Shown: one piece after another, positions 26,843-39,559 of the stretch
How the letters are laid out: each line of letters starts with the position of its first letter
Position numbering within the stretch: position 1 is the first letter of the stretch
Assembly (NCBI GenBank): GCA_951406725.2
Contig: OX597827.1
Location: forward strand, 58,280,001-58,344,000
Length of the DNA stretch: 64,000 nucleotides
Direction of reading: 5' to 3'
Source of the DNA: Octopus vulgaris
Taxonomy: Eukaryota
The notes under the pieces: generated by a model
Database searches by the model: none
Told to the model about the DNA's origin: nothing
The model's input: only the letters and a program-made list of their open reading frames with translations
Position numbers and translations under genes: made by a program

Positions 26843-27470
26843 ATAAATTTTCAATATACTTCTGCATTTGCTTCTATATTTTGAAGCTAAAATGCTCATT
26901 TCTGAAATGATATTTCATTGAGTTGTCGGAGAATTGGTTATATATGTGATCCAGTTTCAATTACTATTTCAAACTGCTACATTGTCTTGATGTAGTAGCA
27001 GAAACTTAAAGTACTGCATCAACTCTTACAGGATGAAGTTTACTTTCATAAGATTTAGAGATCAATAAGATTACTGCAACTTTTGGGTTGGGACTGATTT
27101 AGTTGTTTATAATTTTTGTCAACAAGTCTGTAGCTAATGACTGAATGGTCACTCACAAACAAGCAAATGTTGAAGTGTGTTAGATGAATGCAGGAGTATT
27201 CAATACCTGTTGTAGAATATACCACTTATATAAATTGAATGTTTACCTCATGGCTCAAGATATGCATTCAGTTTAAATATATTCTGTACACACACATGTA
27301 TTTATAAAATACATGTGTATACCTGTTGCATAAAATAATCCTGAGATCAAGAGGTATGAGATGTGAATACAGATTTATTATTACTGTATGATTACAGCTG
27401 TTTCATAGTCTTTTCCATGGAATATTTATTTCAACATTCCAAATTACATACTTACATTTAACATATATAA

Positions 27471-27959
27471 TCAAGCCATCCCATAAGTTCTGTCCGAATT
27501 TTGAATAAAGAAAACAAGTGACCAAATGTTATATTTAATTGAAATTTAATCATCAATGTACTTTCCTTGATTATCTATGACTTCTTTCCATCTATTTACA
27601 AGCTTTTTAATCCCATCAATGTAAAACTCTTTTGGTTTCAAAGCGTAGAACTCTGAAATGTCAGTTTCGACCTCCTCCTAGCTTGTGAAAGTTATGTCCT
27701 CCAAATGATTTTGTAAACTGTGAAACAAATGGTAGTCTAAAACAAACTATGAAACAAATGCTCTTTGGATACTCCCACGCTAGAAAGGGTTGATATCAAA
27801 GAAATTTTAATTCTATTATTCTGTAAAATAATATTTAATTAGTTTTAATGTACACAAATACATAATAATTTTTAATTCAATTAGACATTCTAAAATACTA
27901 TCAAATTTCATTCAATTTTAAGAAAGGTAAAAGCAGACAGTACTTATGGGATGACCTGA
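27471..27959 (-). mobile_element. Internally deleted mariner derivative
   Basis: TIRs tcaagccatcccataagttctgtc / gacagtacttatgggatgacctga; minus strand encodes DYHLFHSLQNHL...FYIDGIKKLVNRWKEVIDNQGKYIDD*. Confidence 0.9.
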
Positions 27960-27963
27960 TATA

Positions 27964-28331
27964 TCTATATATATATAAATGGCAAAATGTCTGTCTGTGT
28001 GTGTATCCTTTATACAAATCCACAATTTTTCAGTTAGAGGGCTCGCACTTTCTATGGTCATTCAAAACCATGCAAGGGTGGCCGTGCACATCTTTACATT
28101 TCCCCAGTCACCCCGCAAAGCCATTAAAAAATCAATAGAAGTGACTTTTTTGTGAATTTTCTATCCAAAACCCAATCAAAATGCCTGAAACTTGATACGC
28201 CAATTAAATGCCAGCTAGTTGTATGTGATTTATCTGAGATTTGGACAGTACTCGCGTGTATGTGCACACGCACGCAGCTGTATATGCATTCACTAGCACT
28301 ATGACCCAGCGTTGCCGGGTCATAGTGCTAG
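27964..28331 (+). mobile_element. Non-autonomous Helitron
   Basis: 5' TCtatatatatataaa, 3' GC hairpin and CTAG, inserted between A and T, no TSD. Confidence 0.85.
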
Positions 28332-30466
28332 TATATTATATTTAGCATTATATGATACAATTGTATATTCACATAGAGACATCCTGGATTTCTCTCTCTC
28401 CTCTCTATGTGCACACACACACACAATGAGTAGATATTTGTATCTATAAACAATTATAAATTTTTTATAGTTATTTTTGTTTCATTAGTCAATTGGCTCT
28501 TCAGTTTCCTAATGAAAATACCAGAATATTTCAAGTGCGTTTATTAATAATACAGAACTATATCTAAAATCCTATTTAAATTAACCACAACCCTTATTCA
28601 GCATCTAAGAAATTTTTAGCGACCATGTGAGTTTTTTTTAAAGGACCTTGGGTGCAACTGTCTCTCCAGGACAAAATTGTTTTCTTTAATCCATTACCAG
28701 TTAAGTCTACTAGGCAGCTGGTGACACACATTTAACATTAAGAAGTACAAAAGTAATCTGCTTTACTAATTTTTTGTCTTTTTTTTTTTTGCATTAGCTT
28801 TTCTTCTTATTTTGTTAGTTTTGTTTTTGTCTTTTTTTTTAAGCTGAAAAGAAAAACAAAAGCAATAGAAATATTTCATGAGGCTAATTGTATTTTCTAT
28901 ATTTTTAAGCTTTAGGTTTTAAGTAGGATGGCAAAGATTATTCATAGTATTAACCTGACCTTCTGTGTTGTTGTTTACAAAATGCTTCAAATACTACAAT
29001 TTTTTTTGGCTCAGATTTACTTGCTATATAAAACAAAATAATAATGAAATGGGGAAAAATGAAAAAAAAAAATTGGAAATATAGCCTCAAGATGATAGTT
29101 TGCCTGTTGAAATATGTGTATGAGCACAAACTAATGTAGAAGATGAAAGCTGTGACTGGTTGATTAGCGAAGATTGTGATCTAATGGTCAAAGTTCTGCC
29201 AATTCAGATCTCATCATTGCTATTGTCTACTGTTTCATTGCTCGTAACATTATCCCAATTGTATTTTTGCAATGAAAGAAGAAGAAAAACGAGTGAGTTT
29301 TGAACTTGTTACTTAAAGCAAATTTCAAATGTATGGCTTTTGAATCAGAGGTTCAGAACTTTCTCACACTGATCTCAATGTCGTTTTCTGCAAACTTTTG
29401 TATAGTTAGAATGCTAAACTTTTTGATACATGATATTACTTTGCAAAACGACTGATTCATACCAACTGAACCAGCAAATTGCATAAACATGGTTTGCTTG
29501 ACCTGTGAATAATAGCAGCAAAATTCCCTTTAAATCCCATTATATTCTCTGGTCAAGGTAGTTCTCAGTGTACAGAAAGACAGGATGTTCATTACTAGAA
29601 CAACTTTGATCAGGGTTCCGTTCTCTCAGGGATTACTTAAACAACCACTTTGCCTTTTGAAAACCAAGAAAAACATTTGGGAAATGTTGGAGGAAGGAGG
29701 GTGGGCGTTAATGTCTGCACTTAGTAAAAATTCCCTAACACTGTTGTATGTGTCAATCAACTGTCTCCTGTATAAATGGCAGTCTTTGTTGGTGATCTTT
29801 ATTGTCAACTGTGCAGGTCACCTATAGAAAACCTAGCTCTGTTCTCACAGGTTATTCACGAAACTTTGTTTGTTTCTTATATTTTGTTTTGAACCATGAC
29901 AACCGACTGATGTTGGCACAATCTAGTTTCTGACTTTCACAACAAAATGACAAAACTCATGACCACCTATTCTATCAATTTCTAAGCACTAAGCTTTTTT
30001 TTGTTGATATTGTTCTCCATTATGCCCTTAATCCAATGGCCTGCAGTATGAGTGCTACTACATTTGTCCTAGAGCCATTCACAATTTTGCAAATGTGTCA
30101 TCAAGTGTTTTTCACTTTTTTAATTTTTTTTTTTTTTTTTGGTATATCTTTTTTCATGACTGTATTATGAAATGATTTCAAAGTAGTTTACTTTCTTACC
30201 CTAACACCACCCAAGATTTGCAATTCAATATCCAATAACTCATGCCAGTTATTATATGACTAATAAATAAAACAAGAAAAAATTCTTCTTTGGTGCAATT
30301 TTTAAGATTTTCTTAATGTCTGGCATCAAGCATACATTTTTCAGGTTATCAAGTAAATCAAATTCAAGCTAAAAGTTATATTATCTTTAACACCTAGCAT
30401 GAAATACTTTATATAGTTGATTACAAAATGATGTGCTTGGTTATATCATTTAAAGTTAATATTTTG

Positions 30467-30726
30467 TTGTGTCTGGGGAGAGTCATTTTCTTTTTGTGCC
30501 TTATAATTCAATACACTCACCGGTAAAATTTCCACTTATTTCTTATTTTTATTTTCCTAAAATTTTCGTTGCATCTTGCAATCTTTTCATTAATCTTGAC
30601 TATTGAAAAGGTTGCAAGCCACAACGAAAATTTTAGGAAAATAGAAATAAGAAATAAGTGGAAATTTTACTGGTGATTGTGTTAAATTATAAGGCATGAA
30701 AAGAAAATGACTCTCCCTAGACACAA
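30467..30726. repeat. 260-bp foldback (129-bp arms, 2-nt loop)
   Basis: Arms align without indels, about 14 mismatches by eye, centre at 30596-30597. Confidence 0.95.
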
Positions 30727-30967
30727 AGAATATGCTTCAATACATGAACTCACATAAATAATCTTGCCAACCAAATCCAAAATGTTAATATTATTGTTTA
30801 ACCTAAAGTTGGCAGTGATTATGCAAGCTTCTGATGAGAAGTGTTCCATCTTTGAGTGTCCTTTCTTTCTAGAATTATTTGAGACTCAACCAAGATAATT
30901 TTAAAACAAGGATTGGTTTTAGGTGGGCTGCTGTCAAAAAGGTTAAACATATACCTTCCTTTCTTAT

Positions 30968-31174
30968 TTAATTCTTTAGCAGTCAAATGTAAATGCTTTT
31001 TCATTCACATTGTTTTTAGTTAATCATACATTATTTTGTAGCTTTGAAATTTCGGTGATGTGATTGTATATTTTTAGAACGGTATGGCTAAAATGGTATG
31101 GATCTGGCTAGTCTGAGCATAAAACAGGTAGCGTATTTAGGTTGGGTATGATTGGTTTAAATGCTAACGGTTAA
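30968..31174 (+). mobile_element. piggyBac-like MITE family A
   Basis: ttaattctttagca ... aatgctaacggttaa. Confidence 0.8.
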
Positions 31175-32166
31175 GTGGGGAAATGGATCATTATATTAAT
31201 ACAATGAAAAGTCGAGTTGATCCTGTTAGTATTTAAAGCCAGAATATACAGTTGCAAAGTAGATATTTTTATAGCATCTCCTAATCTACACTTTACTGGT
31301 TGCACCATAAACACTTTAGTTAATATGTTCACACTACATGAAAAAAATAAATAAAAAAAAGTATCAGGTCTTGTTACTCAATTGTTATGATCACTTCTAG
31401 CTAAAAAATAGATGATAGTGTTATATTGTCGTTCTAGTTGAGTGATCATCTGTGACCAGTTTTAAGAAAGTCCACCTGCACTAGCATGTCGTGTGAATAT
31501 GCAGAATCATTCACTGCGTGCTAAAGTGGAAGAAAACTGCTATGCAATCGCAGTAAGTGGGTTGGGTTTTTGTCCGATTGTTTTGTTACTGTCATGAGGT
31601 AAATAATTCATGAAAAGGACAATTCAGGTGTAACAGTAAATAGTTCAACAAGAGGCGTTTATATTACAAAGAAATAACAACACACAGCTAACCATAAGCT
31701 GAAGATAATGCGTATCAAAATTATCACTTTAACTGTTTTGTAGTAAAATGCTACTTTGGTCAAACTGTAGTCCTTCTTGCCTTCTCAGTCGGCCACCCAA
31801 TCACATAACTTGTTCCCCCCCCCCTCTCTGCGTGTGTGTGTGTGTGTAAAGAAAGTATGAAGAGAAGTTTTATGATTTTATTATAATACTGTGTAACATC
31901 TGTATCTTCATATTCCTCTGGAATATAAGGTCTTCATACTCTAGCTCCTTGGAATCCTTTAACTGTTGATTTGATCCTGTTTACTCAGCATTACCACCAA
32001 AGCAGGGTCTTCTCAAAGCAGGAGAGGTACCATTGCAGCTATCCTCACTCCAACTCTTTCTCACTAGAGGGACAAACATCCAATATTTTCTCAACCAAAT
32101 GTTGATCTGGAGAAACAACCTCATTTCAAATGGAATTCCTCTAAAGTGACAGCTTGTTATTTATTG

Positions 32167-32392
32167 TTAACACTTTAGTATTCAAACTGGCCATATCCAA
32201 CCAAAATATTCTACCTGTTTTATGTTCAAACTGGCCTTATCTGACCTCTGCCATCTACCCTATAATGTCATTCTAAAAATAAATAATCGCATTCATCAAA
32301 ATCTCAAAGCTACAAGATAATACAAGGTTAATTCAAAACAATATAAAATAAGCATTACATTTGACAGAGTAGTCTGAATGCTAAAGGGTTAA
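32167..32392 (-). mobile_element. piggyBac-like MITE family A (reverse orientation)
   Basis: ttaacactttagtatt ... aatgctaaagggttaa. Confidence 0.85.
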
Positions 32393-32599
32393 AGATACAT
32401 TTTTCTGAATTAATAGTGATGATTGCATCTTTCAGGTGATCTAATATGATCTTCATCTTCAGGTTCAATTCCTCTTTGGTAGCTGCACTCAAACATTTAT
32501 CACCCTGAGTGACTATCTTATTTCTTTATATCATCCTCATTGGTCTTCTTTCTTTAATTTTTTTTCTTTTGCAAATTGAAAAGTGGCACTTGTGGATTT

Positions 32600-33420
32600 T
32601 TTGTTCATATCATAGCCATATTAACAGACAAACAGGCATGTTGATAGTAGTAATGTCTTTGGAATTATTTATTTGAATTTGGTGGTACACACGTCTGAGA
32701 TGGAATTTTGTAAAAATAGATGCAATAAACACTCCACCCTAGCTAATGAGTGAAAGGTGGATTCTGTATTAGTGATGAGATAAGAGTCCAAACAAATCTG
32801 ATAAAACCTGCCTTTTAGTCACCACAAAAACACAAATTTCTAGTTTGTGTATAACTACAATAGGAGACGCCCATTTCTTAACACCAGATGGAATTTTGTC
32901 TAATATGCCCAGCCTTAGAGAATTTAATCTTATCAGGGTCTTCATTGTCAAGCATAATAGAGTTGATATCATGGGTTATCAAAGTTTAATACATCAGTTC
33001 CAAGAATAGCATGGCTTTTATCACAGTCCCAGACAATTACTGGTATGATTTCAAATTGAATGCCTGTTTGTAGAGTACCTTCAGAGAGGCCCAATGTTTG
33101 TAAATGTTGTTCCTTCTAACTTGGAAGTTGTAGTTGGCTTTTGAGAAGTTTTTGTTGACCAATAAATACATAAGATGTTGTTTGAAATTAAGGCAAAATT
33201 AATGTTATTCAATTTAACCTGGACCAAGATGGTCCTTCTCTTTCATTGTAGTGTACTTATAGTTATTTCAGTGTCAGATCATTCCCCAATTTATTCTGCA
33301 TTTTGAAAAGTTTTTCATTATGGTTGCAAGGTGTACATTGGCAATTTTAGGCTCTATTTCATATAATCTCTTATTGTATGAAGTACACATATGAATCAAG
33401 TGACATGTTCAAGTTGCAGT
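32600..33420 (-). mobile_element. Decayed Ty3/Gypsy pol fragment
   Basis: GILDKIPSGVKKWASPIVVI followed by frameshifted CGD*KAG (cf. WASPIVVVKK..G..RLCGDYK); boundaries approximate. Confidence 0.65.
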
Positions 33421-33904
33421 TGTCCTGACATCTTTGATGTTTGAGATGCTTTACATTAATGGGTATAATTTCTTTTATTCAATATTTTATCATATAACCA
33501 AGCTTATTGAACTCATAGTATATATATATCACCATAATTTCACCGTCCACTTTTCCAAGTCCACATGGGTTCACCGAGGCAAATTTCTATGTCCAGATGC
33601 CTTTCATGTAGCCAACTCTCACCTCTTTTCAAGTAAGCCAATATTTTTCCAGGGCCAGGCATGTTTTCATAGAAGATTGAAAACTGGAGGCACCACTTGT
33701 ATGATGGTGACACTCGTTTGCAGCTGCCATGTGTTATGAAGACAAGGAGTTATGTCATTATGCTTAAGAATGCTTGTGTAGAAGCACAAGCATTTTCAAG
33801 GGAAGAATTTCTTTTATACACAGAGAAGTATATGTGATAAATGAGCAGATAAACATTCTTCTGAGCAGCCATGATTGCTCATATGTATATATGCGTGTGA
33901 GTGT

Positions 33905-34390
33905 CTGTGTCTTGAGATCAGCTGTCACCACTTCATGCCATGTAGTCTTGGTTCTTCTTCCTCTTCTTCAAACTCCCATCTACATTTTGTGATTGGCACT
34001 TCTTTATACAGCTGTCCTCATCCATACGCATTACATGTCCAGACCAGTGCAGTCTTCTTTCTTGCTCATTACATTTCATTGCTTTGGTGCCTAGTTTTTT
34101 TATTCGGCATATTTGTACTATGTTGTTCCTGCACATTTTACTTTGCACATCCAGTGGAGCATGCTTGCTTCATTTCTTTCTAGTCTTCTCAAGTCCTCTG
34201 AATTCAAGCACCAAACCTCACTACCATGCTGCATTGCAGTTCTAACACAAGCATCATACAATCTTCCCTGAACTTTTTCTATCGTGTTGTTAGCTTTGCT
34301 ACTTACTAAACTCTCAGAACAACCACCTCTCCTGCTAATTATGTCTCCAAGATAACAAAAGCAATCGACTACTTCCAGTGAGCCATTCAT
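33905..34390 (-). mobile_element. RTE-clade LINE ORF C-terminal fragment
   Basis: LEVVDCFCYLGDII..GGC, RLYDACVRTAMQHGSEVW, RRLHWSGHVMRM. Confidence 0.9.
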
Positions 34391-35428
34391 GGGTTTTTAC
34401 GGAAAATTTCGAATTCTCTTTTGTAGTAAATTTTGCCCTGATGAGACGGTTTCTTGAGGTTCTTAGGCTTTAAATGGTTGTTTTTTTGAGGATTAAGTCT
34501 TTTATCTTTGTACTTTGTGAAATTATTGAGAGGCATGCTTTAAAGAAGGTGAATATATTTGACACTTGTGGATCATGGATATTGACAAATGGAATTACAT
34601 TGTCTTATATTTTTTGTGTAGATGTCATAAGTTGAGACATATCCAGTTTCATTGCTTTATTTTGATTTTGCTTATTATTAGTCTTAAAGGATATTTTTGT
34701 TGTTTTAGAAAACTTCTTAGTTCATCTAAGTTTATTTGCTTACTATTGTGCATAATTTGTCTTGTCATTCAGTATGGGATGTTTCATTTGATAGATGATA
34801 TGAGGAAAAATTTAACTATTGGCATCTATCTGTCTTTTTGAAGAATATGTCTCTTGTAATTTTGGTATTGCATAATGTTACAAGGATGTCCAGAAACAGT
34901 AGTTCTTTTTCGCTATTTTCTCTTGTGAATACCTAATGGATGTGTGCAGGTTACTTAGAATGGTATAGAGTGTATGTAATTCATCTTTTGATCTCTACTA
35001 AGAAAATAAAGCAATCATCAAGGAAACATTTCCACTTTTCAATTATATGTTCCTTAAAATTTTGGTTGAATTTAGTTTATATTTCTTGATATCAAGATAT
35101 TGATTTCTCAAACATTCTCAACTGTAGTTAAGTGATGTACAAGAAATTACAACAGTTTATTAGAGTTGCTAATATATTTCTATGGTACAGTTGTTATTTC
35201 TGATTTAAACAACAAATTAATTTTTTTTTTATTTTTCATTTAAAATTATATGATTTGTTTTATTTTTCTATCTGCAAATGTTAACTAGAAGGGAAAATTA
35301 TTCCAAATTCTTAGGAAAAAATGTTCTCATCCATGGTATCATATTTAAAGCTGCTTTGTGACTTCCTAAAATGCTTCTTGGTCTATTTTTGAGTTTAATT
35401 ATGAAATCTTCTTGTGTTTTATTTGTAG

Positions 35429-35573
35429 CTTCTCAACACCAGGCCAGGAAGACAAAGCCCATTTCAGAGATGTGCTAAAAGTACCAAAGTTGTATCAGTA
35501 TCAAGAAAGACCCGGCAGAGACACACTTCAAGTGGAAGTAGCAGCAGTAACAATATTGATTCAGGAGATACAG
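35429..35573 (+). CDS. Internal coding exon (145 nt, phase 0 to phase 1) of the KDM3/JMJD1C-like gene
   Basis: Acceptor tgtgttttatttgtag and donor CAG|gtagag. Open frame LLNTRPGRQSPFQRCAKSTKVVSVSRKTRQRHTSSGSSSSNNIDSGDT(G). Its final G joins the GC opening the 49033 exon to give Gly in frame. Confidence 0.8.
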
Positions 35574-37474
35574 GTAGAGTACTAAAATCATCAACATCAT
35601 TGTCGTTATATCTTTCCATTTCTAGTTATTGTTGCTGCTGTGTTTCTTGAACAAACTATAACACAGCAGTAGTAAATAATTTTCTTGGAAGCAGCACACT
35701 TCCCATGCTGGCATGGGCTGGACAGTTTGTCAGGAACTGGCCAGCTGGAGAGCAGCCCACATTCCAGTTGTCTATTTTGGCCTGGTTTCTATGGCTGAAT
35801 GCCTTTCCTAATGCCAACCTCTTCACAGAGTATACTGGGTGCTTTTTTTTACAAAGCACTGGCATGGTTGCTTTTATGTGGTACCGGCACAGGCACTTTT
35901 AGGTGGCACTAGTACAGAAGCACTGTAAAAATTTTATTCAACATGAGACAATAAATTCTAATTGAACTAAAAATCAGGATATGCTATAGATTCATAAATG
36001 GAGATGAGGAAAGGCATAAATCTCACAACTTCTTGCCTCCCCACAGAATATTCCCCAAATTTCAATTTCATGTGAACAATTTTACATACATATCACTGTG
36101 TATCACCCACATTTAGTGTTGACTGTCAGAATATCATAGAAATTAATAAAATATTTTAGGAATGCTTTTATGTGGTACTAGCACAGGTGTTTTTTAAACA
36201 GGCTGAATGTGTAGGATATCTTTTATTGTCTTCATTTGACCATCCGTCTGTTCTTGAATAGTAGAGGTTGTCATTGGATGCAGTTGGCAGATTCATACAA
36301 TGTATAATAATTGACAGATGCTGTACTAGTTATTGTATACAGCATGCTTGATAGTCTTATTTAGTCTCATTTTTGGTTTTTATTCCCTCGTGCTGAATTA
36401 GTCATTGATATGTTGCAAGGTAATATCTAGCATTCAGTTAACAACAGGGTGCTTCATTTGTTCCGTGAAATATTCAAATTTTCCTAAGTATTTTCCAAAT
36501 GTGAGCCTCAAATATGAACTGGGATGGTTACAGTCGAATGTTAATCAAACAATGAATGACGTTTTGCTGCTAGAATAATGATTGTACGATGCTTGTTTCA
36601 TAAACATGTTTGATAACAGCAAAATTTTAAATATCTTTTGTAATTCAATTAAGTCTTTTTGTAGTTTGTTGTAGCATTAACATGATTTCAATTACATTTT
36701 AACTTGGACCTATCCTTATTTTGTTATAAAAATAAACAGACTTGATAAGAGAAAAAATAAAGTTATTTTGAAATCACCTGATGGTGTGCTAAGCTATTTC
36801 TATAAATCCAACACATTTAATTGAATACATTAAAATGAAAGAGGTTTTAAAATTAATTACTTTTGATCCAATATTAAACAAAAAGAGATTCCGTGGTGAA
36901 ACTTTCTACTTTGAGTAATTACATTTGATAAAATAAAAGAGTATTTTATATTTATTAAAATGTTTATTTTATGCAATCTCTGCAGTTATATAAGTTGGTG
37001 CCCTGGCATGACTGCAGTCAAATAAAAGGATTTATATTATTTCTACACAATTCATCTATAAAATCTTTTTGATACTTTTTATACACAAATAATTTATTAT
37101 CTTATGCACCCCAGTACTTAGATATTTGTGTTGGCATGATGATAATCATTTGTAGGTAAGGGTATTATATAGGCTGAACGCCATTGGATATTCCATTTGT
37201 GTATGAAATATGAATAAACATTAATTTAGGGATAGAAATATTAAAGAAAAATACTTTTGTATACCACAAGCATAGTATTATGTAGCATATTTCATTAAAT
37301 GTTAGCTTTGGTTGCTTCCACCATGTCTGTGGAAAGATTGCAAATTAATCATTTTTAATATAGGCAGAAGATCTCAAATTTAGTGAAAGAGTTGATTAAA
37401 TTGATCCTAGTACTTCACTGGATACTTCATTTAAACAACCCCAGAATGATGAAAGATAAAGTTGACAGTACTAT

Positions 37475-37696
37475 TTAACCCCTTAGCATTCAGACTACTC
37501 TGTCAGATGCAATGCTTATATATTCACATTGTTTTGAATTAATCATACAATGTTTCACGGCTTCAAGATTTCAGTGATGTGTTTGTTTAGTTTTAGAATG
37601 GCTTTGTAAGGAAGAGAGTCCAGCTCTGGTGGGTTTAAACATAAAACTAGTTGGATATTTTGACTGGATATGGCCAGTTTAAATGCTAACAGGTGA
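37475..37696 (+). mobile_element. piggyBac-like MITE family A
   Basis: ttaaccccttagcattcaga ... tttaaatgctaacagg. Confidence 0.8.
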
Positions 37697-38924
37697 AACT
37701 TAGAATGAAAAGAGCAAGAACAAAATACTGCAAAAGCATTTAGTCCTATAGCTAAATGGTTCAGCATCCAGTCTACTACCTTTATACCAACTTATACACA
37801 ACACACAAAAACACACGTATATGACACAATGTAGGACTTGATATTAGCATGATGAAGTACCATTTCAGCATAATCATTCATGTGCAGTGGTATTAGAAAC
37901 TGTGTGGTACCAAAGCAAAACAACTGTAAAATAATGATAAGGCTATACTAAATTCATTCTTCATCTTAGTTGCACACACACACACACACACACTATAGGC
38001 ACAGATATGATTGATTGTTTAAGAAGTTTGCTTCCAAGCCACATGCTTTGGGGCTCAGTCACACTACACAAGCCCATGGGTATCACCTAATATAACCCTG
38101 GCCCAGCCAAAAGCCTTGAGTGTAGCTTTAGTAGATGGAAACTGAAAGAAGCTCCGTGTATACATGTGTGTTTATGTTTGCACCTGCTTCTGCAAAACAC
38201 ATAGCCTAGGAGCAGTGTTGTTGCTGTCAGTTTGTGTCTTCAATGCTGTGTGGAATAAGAAACCCATTACTTGAAAAATAGGTAAGAGTTTGTGAGGCAG
38301 GAAAGGTATCTAGGTATAAAAACAATGCCTCAGTAACAACATCTGTTGTCTAACCTTTGCTAGCACTGAAAAAAATAAAATGCACATACAAACAATAGTA
38401 TGTTACGCAGGTGTTTTGGGATATAATTATATCAGTAATACAATGAGCCTACGTGTTAGAACCTTGAGCTCTGCCACCCTACATTATCTATTTATGACAA
38501 AGTAGAAACTGGTGACACTGTATGAAATTGGACTATTATCTTTATGTCACAGCTAGCTGCAACTATCAAGAATGCATATATTTCTTACCATATATCCAAT
38601 TTGTCAGAAATAGATCAGATGCTTCTATAAATTTTGCTATTTGCACACAAATTGTTTTTACAACCACATGCTTTTCCTAACATTTACTACTTAACTGTGG
38701 ACTGAACATGATACCTTTATTCAACTAGTGCTTTTGTTGTAGTTTGAACTTCTTTACATGTAGTAGTAGTAGGAGGAGGAGGAGGAGTAGAAGACGTTAA
38801 CCATCTACATTTTCCATCTCATCAAACCAAATTTATCAAATCCTCTCTGAATGTGCTAGATGTCAATCTTATGTTTTCTTTTCATCTAAGCAGTTTGCAG
38901 AATGTATTAAGAAAACAACTAACA

Positions 38925-39355
38925 CTGGTGCAAGTGTGGCAGTGTGGTTAAGAAACTTGCTTCCCAGCCATGTGGTCTTGAGTTTTGTCCCACTGTACGG
39001 CACCTTAGGCAAGTGTCTTCTACTATAAGTTCCATGTTGACCAAAACATTGTGAATGAATTTGGGAAACGGAAACTGAAAGAACTCTGTTGTATGTGTGT
39101 ATGTGTGTTTATATATGTAGGTGTGTGCATATGTATGTTTGTATACCATTCTGTGACATCATATGATGGTAGAAAAGAAGCACATTGTTTCTAGTCTGGT
39201 CCTCTATGGAAAAGATTGCTGGTCATAGGAAATACAATCTTGCTTGGGGACAGGTGAGAGTTGAAGACAATAAGGACTGTAGCCATAGAAATCTTTATCA
39301 ACCAATTCTGTCTGGCCCATGCAAGCATAGAACAATGTATGTTAGATGATGATTT
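38925..39355 (+). mobile_element. SINE family C head with RTE-like (ATG)n tail
   Basis: Family C head and caccttaggcaagtgtcttc, then a tail ending cccatgcaagcatagaacaatgtatgttagatgatgat; similar decayed copies at ~9483-9860 and ~37998-38400. Confidence 0.8.
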
Positions 39356-39370
39356 CATTATATATATATA

Positions 39371-39559
39371 TAGGGAGAGTTTACGAAAAAAACAAAAGAC
39401 GAAGACAGGTGGTGTACAAAACAAACAGATGTAATAGTATAACGCTCAGGAGTAAAAAAAAGTATTTTACGTTTCGAGCCTATGCTCTTCTACAGAAAGG
39501 GACACAAAAAACAAGGAGAGAAAAAAAAATGTGTGTAGTGGCTAACGATCTAGGGAGAG
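39371..39559 (-). mobile_element. Penelope-type pseudo-LTR fragment with hammerhead-like core
   Basis: Minus strand CTGTAGAAgagcataggctcGAAACgta; abuts (TA)n; homologous to 62480-62600. Confidence 0.6.

Noticed and set aside
34438-34470. CTGATGA as another hammerhead (also 10792-10799 minus, 30831, 57993)
   Set aside because: No stem II plus GAAA at the right spacing
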